This document shows positions 20,243-28,320 of a stretch of DNA of 64,000 nt, piece by piece. How positions within the stretch are numbered: the first letter of the stretch is position 1; each line of letters begins with the position of its first letter. The notes beneath the pieces are model-generated. The model was not told the DNA's origin. It saw nothing but the letters and a program-made list of their open reading frames with translations, and did not search any database. The translations under genes and the position numbers were made by a program. Source of the stretch: an uncultured Pelagibacteraceae bacterium (GTDB taxonomy: Bacteria; Pseudomonadota; Alphaproteobacteria; Pelagibacterales; Pelagibacteraceae); NCBI GenBank assembly GCA_902594255.1, contig CACJLN010000004.1, forward strand, positions 13,145 to 77,144, read 5' to 3'.

Positions 20243-22639
20243 TTAAGCAACCATACTTTCTGCCTTTTGTAAATCAACAGCAACTAGTTGGCTTATACCT
20301 TTTTCAGGCATCGTAACACCATAAAGCCTATTCATTTTGGACATAGTTAATGCATGATGGGTTACAATTATAAATTTTGTACTGGTAATACTTATCAATT
20401 CCTCCAATAAGTTGCAAAATCTCGAAACATTGGCGTCATCTAACGGAGCATCGACCTCATCTAGTACACATATTGGTGATGGATTTGTTAAAAAAACTGC
20501 AAAAATTAAAGATAGAGCGGTTAAAGCCTGCTCTCCACCTGATAACAAGGTTATAGATTGTAGTCTTTTTCCAGGCGGACTTACCAACATCTCAAGTCCA
20601 GCTTCAAGAGGGTCGTCAGAGTCAACAAGTTCTAATTTTGCGTTCCCACCATTAAATAGTTTTGTATACACGTCATTAAATTTACGATTTACCTTTTCAA
20701 ATGCCTCTAATAGTCTTTCCCTTCCTTTTTGATTGAGTTCTTGGATACTTTCTTTTAACTTTGAAATAGCAGTAACCAAATCTAATCTGTCTTCTTCCAT
20801 CTTTTTTATTTCAGACTCATATTTGCTAGTTTCTTCGTCAGCCTTTAAATTAACTGATCCAAATTTTTCTCTCTCTTGTTTCTTTTTATCTAACAAATCC
20901 TCTTGAATAACTGCATCTGGTAGCTCTTCCACCCCAAATAAGTTTGAATTCTCTAAAATATTTTCTTCTGTTAGATTAAGCTCTGAACTTACTCTGTCTA
21001 TCAAATCATCTTTTCTTTTTTTTAAACCCTCTATCGTTGCACCCGAACTTGCTTTACGTTCTCTAATTTGAATAGATTGCTCTTGAATTTCATCTAATTG
21101 ACTTCTAAGTGTATCTATTTTTTCATCAGTGTTATTTATAATTATCTCATTTTCATTTTTTTCTTTCTCAGAAATTCTTAAACCTTCAGAGATTTGACCT
21201 TTTTTTTCAGCTTGTAGTTTTGGTTGACTATCTAATTGGTCCAATTGATTATTTAGCTTATCTTTTCGACCAGTTAATTCATCTACCATCTTTTTAGAAT
21301 TAGATAAAAGATTCTTCCAACTTTCTATTTCTTTTTCAATGACACTTATTCTTTCATTTCTTTTTACAGACTCTTTTTTGATGTTTTGGTTCATACTGAA
21401 ACTATTCGCATACTCATCGATTAACAATTTAGAACTTTCAAGTGTATTAATTGCATTTTCATTTTGATTAGATTTAATTAATTCTTTAATTTTTTCAATT
21501 TCTTGATGCAAACTATTTTTGCTATTATTTAAATCCTCATTAGATTTTTTTTCAGTTTCATAATATTTTGAATTAATTTCAATAAGTTCTTTTTTTTCTT
21601 CTTTTAATCTTTTTTCGTTTGAGTTTGCATCGATGATAATTCCTTTTTCTCTATTAATATCATCATCTAACGTCTGCAGCGTTTTTTTAATATTTTCAAT
21701 TTCATCTTGTATTCTTGTATTCTCTTTATCTAGACCTTGAAGTTCTAAATTAAGTCTTTGAATTCTAGATAGACTTTCAATATTTTTTTCTCGCAAGGGC
21801 GTTACTTTATCTAATTCAAGCTTGATTAAATTTTCAATTTTAGAAATTTTATCATTAAAACCAGTTACTTCATCCATTGCTTCTGAATTAATTTCTGTCT
21901 CAACACGAATTTCTTTGTCGATTTCTATTAATTTTAAATAATATAAACCAGCCTCGATTTTTTTGATTTCATCAGAAATATTTTTATATTTAGTTGCTTC
22001 CTCGGCTTGCTTTTTTAGATTTGCAAGCTGTCTTTCTTGTTGTCTTCTTAATTCATCAGCTCTTTTCAAATTATTTTCTGCTGCATTTAATCTTAATTCA
22101 GCCTCATGCCGTCGAACATGTAAGCCCGATATTCCTGCCGCCTCCTCTAGAATTGCTCTTCTATCAGTTGGTTTTGCAGTAACAAGAGCACCTATACGCC
22201 CTTGACTGATCATTGATGGTGAGTGGGCACCAGTTGATAAGTCAGCAAAAAACATTTGTGCATCCCTTGCCCTTACTTCTTTGTCGTTTATGTAAAATTT
22301 TGAGCCTTTATCTTTCTCAATTTTTCTTCTAATATTTATCTCCTCGAGCTCTTTATATTGCACAGGTCCTTCATTAGCTTGTTTTGAGACAGTAACTGAG
22401 ACCTCTGCAATATTTTTAGATGGCTTGTTTGAAGTACCAGAAAATATAACATCTTCCATTCCAGAGCCCCGCATACTTTTTGCAGATGTCTCTCCCATGA
22501 CCCATCTAAGAGACTCAACAATATTAGATTTTCCACAACCATTCGGCCCAACTATTCCGGTCAAACCATCCTCAATTATAAAATTTGATTTATCTGCAAA
22601 TGATTTGAATCCATTAAGTTGGATTTTTTTAAAGTCCAT
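20243..22639 (-). CDS. smc: Chromosome segregation SMC protein, unusually short (798 aa), hinge not visible
   Basis: GFKSF, Walker A GPNGCGKSN, SMRG...DVIF, Q-loop SQG, EEAAGI, LSGGE, LDEVDAPLD, VTHH. Confidence 0.93.
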   Translation of the reverse strand: MDFKKIQLNGFKSFADKSNFIIEDGLTGIVGPNGCGKSNIVESLRWVMGETSAKSMRGSGMEDVIFSGTSNKPSKNIAEVSVTVSKQANEGPVQYKELEEINIRRKIEKDKGSKFYINDKEVRARDAQMFFADLSTGAHSPSMISQGRIGALVTAKPTDRRAILEEAAGISGLHVRRHEAELRLNAAENNLKRADELRRQQERQLANLKKQAEEATKYKNISDEIKKIEAGLYYLKLIEIDKEIRVETEINSEAMDEVTGFNDKISKIENLIKLELDKVTPLREKNIESLSRIQRLNLELQGLDKENTRIQDEIENIKKTLQTLDDDINREKGIIIDANSNEKRLKEEKKELIEINSKYYETEKKSNEDLNNSKNSLHQEIEKIKELIKSNQNENAINTLESSKLLIDEYANSFSMNQNIKKESVKRNERISVIEKEIESWKNLLSNSKKMVDELTGRKDKLNNQLDQLDSQPKLQAEKKGQISEGLRISEKEKNENEIIINNTDEKIDTLRSQLDEIQEQSIQIRERKASSGATIEGLKKRKDDLIDRVSSELNLTEENILENSNLFGVEELPDAVIQEDLLDKKKQEREKFGSVNLKADEETSKYESEIKKMEEDRLDLVTAISKLKESIQELNQKGRERLLEAFEKVNRKFNDVYTKLFNGGNAKLELVDSDDPLEAGLEMLVSPPGKRLQSITLLSGGEQALTALSLIFAVFLTNPSPICVLDEVDAPLDDANVSRFCNLLEELISITSTKFIIVTHHALTMSKMNRLYGVTMPEKGISQLVAVDLQKAESMVA

Positions 22640-22647
22640 AGAACAAC

Positions 22648-23226
22648 TTATATCAGTTTTTCTAATGTTTTTTTCAAATTTTTATAATTAAGAGATTTAT
22701 CAAACTTTTTGTTGTTGATTATTATCGTGGGAGTAGAATTGACTTTAAAATTTTTAGCTCCCTCGATTCGATCATTTAAAATAAAATCCTCAATTTCTTT
22801 ATCATTAATACATTTTTCGAAATCAATTTTGTAGCCTTTATTATTAATGAATTTTTTGAGATTATCGTTTAACTCAGCAACAGTTTTTCCTCTAACCCAG
22901 TCTTTTTGATTAGTGTATAGGCTCTCTAAAATTTCTAAACTTTGTTTTTCGTTACATTGAGCAATTTTTGAGGCATTAAAAGCCGCAGCATCTAGAGGAA
23001 AATGTCTAAATTCAATTTTCACTAAACCTGGATCAACAAAATCCTTTTTAAGTTGAGGATAAATCTTTTTATGAAAATCAGCACAATGACTACAAGTCAA
23101 GGACTCATATGCAATAATTGTAATCTTAGCATTTTCTTTTCCCGAGACAATTCTTACTGCTTCCGCTACACTTGAACTGCTAAACAATCCAAAAATTGCA
23201 ATAAAAACAAATAAAAGCTTTTTCAT
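22648..23226 (-). CDS. DsbA/thioredoxin-fold periplasmic protein
   Basis: Signal peptide, YESLTCSHC, RHFPL, VNSTPT. Confidence 0.9.
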   Translation of the reverse strand: MKKLLFVFIAIFGLFSSSSVAEAVRIVSGKENAKITIIAYESLTCSHCADFHKKIYPQLKKDFVDPGLVKIEFRHFPLDAAAFNASKIAQCNEKQSLEILESLYTNQKDWVRGKTVAELNDNLKKFINNKGYKIDFEKCINDKEIEDFILNDRIEGAKNFKVNSTPTIIINNKKFDKSLNYKNLKKTLEKLI

Positions 23227-23711
23227 TTTTCTCTGAATATTTTAGTTAATTCTATTAAAGATTTTCTAATTTTATCGTTCTTAATATTTTTAATTTGATT
23301 ATCAAATTTGTCTTTTGTCACATCCCGATTTAATTTTTTTTCTTTATTAATAATTTTTTCCTCATAATCAAAGCTGGTAAATTTAATCTTTTCTACAACT
23401 ATTTTTCCAAAAAAATTATTCATTCTATCTATAATCTCTTTTTTGGAATATTCTAAATCTACCTCTTTGCCTCTTTGAACCATTATTAATAAAGTACTTA
23501 ATCCAAATTTATTTGAACTCCTAAATGATTTTGGATAACAAACTTTAAAAAGACTTTCTCCAGCTATAATCTTCCAGTTATTAAGTATTTCTGAATAGAC
23601 TTGACCTCTATTATTAATTACTTTTTTAATATTTTTTGGCAAAGTGTCTTTTAATGATCTTAAACCTTGAATGGTGTTGAATCTCTGCTTAGTATTATTT
23701 TTATATTGCAT
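23223..23711 (-). CDS. dciA: DUF721/DciA family helicase loader
   Basis: NWKIIAG...CYPK...LEY...IIDRMNNFFG pattern; mutY-DUF721-dsbA-smc synteny. Confidence 0.8.
   Translation of the reverse strand: MQYKNNTKQRFNTIQGLRSLKDTLPKNIKKVINNRGQVYSEILNNWKIIAGESLFKVCYPKSFRSSNKFGLSTLLIMVQRGKEVDLEYSKKEIIDRMNNFFGKIVVEKIKFTSFDYEEKIINKEKKLNRDVTKDKFDNQIKNIKNDKIRKSLIELTKIFREK
23667..23695 (+). promoter_or_regulatory. Candidate sigma70 promoter for mutY inside the dciA ORF
   Basis: TTGAAT (23667-72), 17-bp spacer containing GAATC, TAGTAT (23690-95); weak evidence in an AT-rich background. Confidence 0.35.
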
Positions 23712-24692
23712 ATGAAAGAAAAGATAATATCAAAAAAAATTCTTAAATGGTATGATTTAAACAAAAGATCTCTGCCTTGGAGAAAAAAAGTTTCTTTAGA
23801 AAAGAAACAATATTACACACTAATAAGTGAATTTATGTTGCAACAAACTCAAGTTACAACTGTAATCCCTTTTTTTGAAAGATTTATTAAAAATTTACCT
23901 TCCATGAATTCTCTTGCCAAAGTTGATGATAAAGAATTAACAAAACTTTGGGAGGGCCTTGGATATTATTCTAGAGCAAGAAATCTAAAAAAAACTGCTG
24001 TATCTATTATCAAAAATTTTGAGGGGAAATTACCTGATAACCTTGAGGATTTATTAACACTTCCTGGAATTGGAAGTTATACTGCGAATGCGATTTTAGC
24101 TATCGCATTTAACAAACCATATATCCCTTTAGACGGAAATGTTGAAAGAATTTTAAAAAGATATCTTTATCTAAAGAAAGATAAAGAAATTCAAAGAGAT
24201 TACTTGCTACAAAGGAAAATTGTATTTGGCAAAACTTTGAGATCTAGTGATTATGCCCAAGCCTTAATGGAATTAGGAGCCCTGATATGCAAACCAAAAA
24301 ATCCATTATGTAATCAGTGTCCAATTATAAAAAACTGTAAATCTTATAAAAATAAAGATTTTAGTTTAACTAAAAAAATTAAGAAAAATAAAGATAAATA
24401 TTTTGTACTTAAAGTTTACAAAAAAAAACAAAGGTATCTACTAATTAAAAACACAAAATTTAATTTTTTAAAAAATTTATCTATCTTTCCGATGGTGGAA
24501 CTATCAAATCCTAAAAATTTTAACGAAAATTTAAATTTCAAAATGTCTAATATGAATATGAATATAAAAATTGAGTATTCAAATGACAATAAAAAATTTC
24601 CCTACTCTTATTGGTTAGACGGAACAAAAATGAATAGTTATATGCTGCCATCATTTACAAAAAAAATTGTTCAATACTTAGAGAAGAATTGA
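23712..24692 (+). CDS. mutY: A/G-specific adenine glycosylase
   Basis: LPWR, SEFMLQQTQV, WEGLGYYSRARNL, LPGIG HhH, DGNV, CX6CX2CX5C; start moved to ATG 23712. Confidence 0.95.
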   Translation: MKEKIISKKILKWYDLNKRSLPWRKKVSLEKKQYYTLISEFMLQQTQVTTVIPFFERFIKNLPSMNSLAKVDDKELTKLWEGLGYYSRARNLKKTAVSIIKNFEGKLPDNLEDLLTLPGIGSYTANAILAIAFNKPYIPLDGNVERILKRYLYLKKDKEIQRDYLLQRKIVFGKTLRSSDYAQALMELGALICKPKNPLCNQCPIIKNCKSYKNKDFSLTKKIKKNKDKYFVLKVYKKKQRYLLIKNTKFNFLKNLSIFPMVELSNPKNFNENLNFKMSNMNMNIKIEYSNDNKKFPYSYWLDGTKMNSYMLPSFTKKIVQYLEKN

Positions 24693-25834
24693 TGAAAAAA
24701 ATTGCTATTATTGGAGCAGGTATTTCTGGGTTATTCATTGCGAATTTATTTAAAAAAAACTCAAATTATCAAATTACAGTTTATGAAAAGAGTCTCTCAA
24801 TAAACTTAGATGAAGGTTATGGAATTCAATTATCTGTTAATAGTGTAAAACTTTTAAATCAAATTGGGTTTGATAAGCTTAAAAATGATCAAAAATTCAA
24901 TCCAGATAAAATAAATTTTTACTCTATCGAAAGTTCAAATAAGATATGCGATTTGAATATTTCTAACTATAATTCAGAAGACTGCAAGTATACCACTTTA
25001 AAAAGGTCTGAATTAATTAAATTTTTAAAAAAAGATTTAGAAAACGTAATTAAAATAAATCACAGCATTTCGAAGATAGTTCAGCAAAACCAAAAGATCC
25101 AACTTATATTTGAAAATAATGAAATTTCTGAATGTGATCATTTAATTATTTCTGATGGAGTTTTTTCAAAAAGTAAAAGTCTAATTTTAGAAAATCAAAC
25201 ACCTCCAAGATATAATAAAACGTTAGCTATTAGAGGAACAATACCTATTTCTCAAAAAATTAATTGTAGAAATATCTCGTTATTTTTAGGACCAGATTTC
25301 CACTATGTAATTTATCCAGTAAATCAAAATGGAGATTTAAATTTCATAGCTATAATGAAATATAAACTTAATAAAGAAGAGCAAAAAAACTACTCATTAT
25401 TTAATGATGCAAATTTTATCAAAAGGATTTTAGACAAAGTTCCGATAGAGATGAGAGAATTTCTAGACCAAATTAAGAAACTAAAAATATTTCCAGTATT
25501 TGTTAGTGACAGTTTTTTTAAGACTAAAAATAACAATATGCATTTAATAGGAGATGCTTTTTTTGCTTTTCCGCCATCATTTGCTCAAGGCGCCTCCCAA
25601 TCAATAGAAGGTTCATATGAATTATTCCAGAGTATAGAAAATAATACTGAAAGCAATTTTTTTAGAAATAGAGTAAATAAAACAAGAATGGTTAACAACA
25701 GATCAAAAATTAATCAATTTGCATTTCATTTATCTAACCCATTAACAAGGTTTTTTAGAGACTTTTTTTTAAAAAGGTTAGTCAAAAATAAAAAGTTTTT
25801 AGAAAATTATTTGGGAAAAGTTTATAAAAATTAG
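24692..25834 (+). CDS. FAD-dependent monooxygenase (salicylate hydroxylase-like)
   Basis: GAGISG, SDGVFS (DG motif), IGDA...PPSFAQGASQSIE (GD motif); TGATG coupling with mutY. Confidence 0.85.
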   Translation: MKKIAIIGAGISGLFIANLFKKNSNYQITVYEKSLSINLDEGYGIQLSVNSVKLLNQIGFDKLKNDQKFNPDKINFYSIESSNKICDLNISNYNSEDCKYTTLKRSELIKFLKKDLENVIKINHSISKIVQQNQKIQLIFENNEISECDHLIISDGVFSKSKSLILENQTPPRYNKTLAIRGTIPISQKINCRNISLFLGPDFHYVIYPVNQNGDLNFIAIMKYKLNKEEQKNYSLFNDANFIKRILDKVPIEMREFLDQIKKLKIFPVFVSDSFFKTKNNNMHLIGDAFFAFPPSFAQGASQSIEGSYELFQSIENNTESNFFRNRVNKTRMVNNRSKINQFAFHLSNPLTRFFRDFFLKRLVKNKKFLENYLGKVYKN

Positions 25835-26901
25835 TTATTTGAAATTAATCTTTGTCTTAAATGATCAATGGGAACATCGCGACCATTCAAATTACAGTAC
25901 CAATAAGTCCATCCATTACAACTTTCAGCACCTAAAATTGTAGCTGCTACTTTGTGAATTGACCCTTCAGTTTGATCGTGTTTGATGCTGCCATCGGCCA
26001 TGATCTTTGCACTTATTTTCTTTTTATTATCAAAAATAGTAGTACCTGGCTTAATTATACCTAATTCAACTAATGACCCAAATGGTACTCTTGGCTTAGA
26101 TCTTCCATTTTGCAAAGTGTCTAAATAATCATCTTCTATAGGTTTTGCTTTCTTTAATCTTTGTTCGGCAGCTTTGAAATAAGTTTTTTCTTTTTCAATT
26201 CCGTAATAATTTCTACCCAATTTTTTTGCAACTGTTGCTGTTGTTCCTGACCCTAAAAAAGGGTCTAAAACTAAATCATTTTTATTTGAAGTTGCTAATA
26301 AAATTCTGTGAAGTAGAGCCTCAGGTTTTTGAGTAGAATGTACTTTTTTTCCATTCTTTTTTAGTCTTTCAGAACCATTGCAAATCGGCAATTCCCAGTT
26401 AGATCTCATTTGAAGATCGTCATTTAAACATTTTAAAGATTGATAATTAAAAGTATATTTTGATTTTTCAGACTTAGATGCCCAAATTAAAGTTTCGTGG
26501 GCATTGGTGAAACGTGTTCCTCTAAAATTTGGCATTGGATTTTTCTTATTCCAAATGACGTCATTTAAAATCCAAAAACCTAAATTTTGAATAGCTGTAC
26601 CAACTCTAAATATATTGTGATAACTACCAATTACCCAAATAGCTCCATCTTTTTTTAAAATTCTTTTACATTCGCTTAACCATGAATAAGTGAAGTCATC
26701 ATATTTTTTGAAATTTTCAAATTGATCCCATTTATCATTTACCGCGCTAACTTTAGATCTATCTGGTCTTGTAAGTTCACCTTTTAATTGTAGGTTGTAG
26801 GGGGGGTCGGCAAAGATTAAATCAAAAGTTTCATCAGGAATTTTTTTTAGTTCTTTTAAACTATCACCATTAATTAATTTATTTTTTAAGTTTAAATTCA
26901 T
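25831..26901 (-). CDS. ccrM: Cell-cycle regulated adenine DNA methyltransferase (CcrM, GANTC family)
   Basis: FADPPYNLQL, PNFRGTRFTNAHET, HSTQKPE, LDPFLGSGTT, C-terminal GSIH...CNGWTYW; next to rnhB; start moved to ATG 26901. Confidence 0.95.
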   Translation of the reverse strand: MNLNLKNKLINGDSLKELKKIPDETFDLIFADPPYNLQLKGELTRPDRSKVSAVNDKWDQFENFKKYDDFTYSWLSECKRILKKDGAIWVIGSYHNIFRVGTAIQNLGFWILNDVIWNKKNPMPNFRGTRFTNAHETLIWASKSEKSKYTFNYQSLKCLNDDLQMRSNWELPICNGSERLKKNGKKVHSTQKPEALLHRILLATSNKNDLVLDPFLGSGTTATVAKKLGRNYYGIEKEKTYFKAAEQRLKKAKPIEDDYLDTLQNGRSKPRVPFGSLVELGIIKPGTTIFDNKKKISAKIMADGSIKHDQTEGSIHKVAATILGAESCNGWTYWYCNLNGRDVPIDHLRQRLISNN

Positions 26902-26914
26902 TTTATAAAAATAA

Positions 26915-26943
26915 ATTAGACTCCAAAAAGATTCTTGGGTCAA
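26915..26943 (-). promoter_or_regulatory. Candidate ccrM promoter containing two GANTC sites
   Basis: Minus strand TTGACC-17 bp-TCTAAT; GANTC at 26919-26923 and 26930-26934. Confidence 0.55.
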
Positions 26944-26991
26944 CCTAGGATTGAATTATTTGAACTTGATATGTGTGGTTTATTTTTAAGA

Positions 26992-27007
26992 TCACAAGAT
27001 ATTGTGT
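26992..27007. promoter_or_regulatory. NrdR-box-like palindrome
   Basis: TCACAAGATATTGTGT closely fits the NrdR consensus acaCwAtATaTwGtgt. Confidence 0.5.
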
Positions 27008-27020
27008 TTCTACGTGAAAC

Positions 27021-27581
27021 TTATTTACAACTGATAATTGGATTAAAAGTGACTCTATGGTGTTTTGTAATACCAAGTTTTTTTATGGCTTTTAAATGTT
27101 GCTTAGTTCCATAACCAAAATTTTGATCCCAACAATAACCATTAAACTTTTTTGACAAATTTGTTATCATTTTATCTCGAGAGACCTTGGCAATAATTGA
27201 GGCTGCAGATATAGATGGTATTTTTTGGTCTCCCTTTATTACAGCTTTAAGATGATAATTTTTAATTTTTGGCAATTTATCACCATCGATAAAAATTAAG
27301 TGAGGTTTTTTTTTGAGCTTTTTTATTGCCCTTTTCATGGCAAGTAAACTTGCTTTTAAAATATTTTTTTTTTCAATTTCCGCAACTGTTGCTCTACCTA
27401 CAGCCCAGATTGAATTTTTTTTGATATACTTAGACAATACTTCTCGATTAGATTTATTTAAACTTTTAGAGTCCTTTAGTAATTTTTTATCTATAGTCTT
27501 ATTTAATATTACTGCAGCTGCATAAACTGGACCAATTAAACTACCTCGTCCGACCTCATCTACTCCTGCAATCAATCTCAT
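27021..27581 (-). CDS. rnhB: Ribonuclease HII
   Basis: GVDEVGRG, DSK, KGD...ISAASIIAKVSRD, GYGT..H. Confidence 0.97.
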   Translation of the reverse strand: MRLIAGVDEVGRGSLIGPVYAAAVILNKTIDKKLLKDSKSLNKSNREVLSKYIKKNSIWAVGRATVAEIEKKNILKASLLAMKRAIKKLKKKPHLIFIDGDKLPKIKNYHLKAVIKGDQKIPSISAASIIAKVSRDKMITNLSKKFNGYCWDQNFGYGTKQHLKAIKKLGITKHHRVTFNPIISCK

Positions 27582-28309
27582 TAAACTTTAATATTTAAAT
27601 CCTCAATTTTTCTTTTTATTTTCTTTAAATCTTCCCATGAATATCTTTTATTTTCAGGGAATCTAATTAAGTAAGACGGACTAAAAGAAATAATGAGAGG
27701 ATAGGTTTTGTTGTTAAGAATTATCTCTTTCCAATTTCCTCGTTCTAAAGAAATTTTATCATTAATACCAGTAACTGCCTCCATGGCAGTGCCTCCCATT
27801 AAAATGATAATTTTTGGATCTATAATAGTGATATGCTCTTTTATAAAAATTGAGTATCTCTTTATTTCTTTACTTGTCGGTTTTCTATCACCAGGAGGTC
27901 TAAAATTTATTGAGTATGCTGTATATATTTTTTCTTTTTTAACATTTATAGCCAATAACATTTTTTTTAACAATTCGCCGATATTTCCTTGAAAGGAATA
28001 ACCAGAGTTATCCTCTAAATCTCCTGGTGTTTCACCAATTAACATAATTGGACTATCGAGGTTTCCATCTCCTAAAATAAGATTTTTTGCATTATCTTTT
28101 AGATTACAATCATCAATTGAATTAATTTTTCTTTTCAGTTCCTGAAGTTTTGTTTTTTTATCTAAATTATTTTGGATGACTTTTTTCTCACTATCCTTAA
28201 CAATTTTAAATCTATTTATGGGTTTATTTTCAAAAATAAAATTGGGCTCAATTATATCAATAAATTCTTGTACATATTTAGCATTTTGATTTAAGCCTTT
28301 TTTAGTCAT
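27581..28309 (-). CDS. Uracil-DNA glycosylase family 4-like protein with degenerate catalytic motifs
   Basis: GETPG motif A, RPPGDRKP, RGNW, FSPSYL (His to Ser), WEDL. Confidence 0.85.
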   Translation of the reverse strand: MTKKGLNQNAKYVQEFIDIIEPNFIFENKPINRFKIVKDSEKKVIQNNLDKKTKLQELKRKINSIDDCNLKDNAKNLILGDGNLDSPIMLIGETPGDLEDNSGYSFQGNIGELLKKMLLAINVKKEKIYTAYSINFRPPGDRKPTSKEIKRYSIFIKEHITIIDPKIIILMGGTAMEAVTGINDKISLERGNWKEIILNNKTYPLIISFSPSYLIRFPENKRYSWEDLKKIKRKIEDLNIKV

Positions 28310-28320
28310 ACACTGCAGAA

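Noticed and set aside
25831-26901. Methyltransferase as part of a restriction-modification or defence system
   Set aside because: No endonuclease nearby; sequence and rnhB linkage indicate the orphan CcrM
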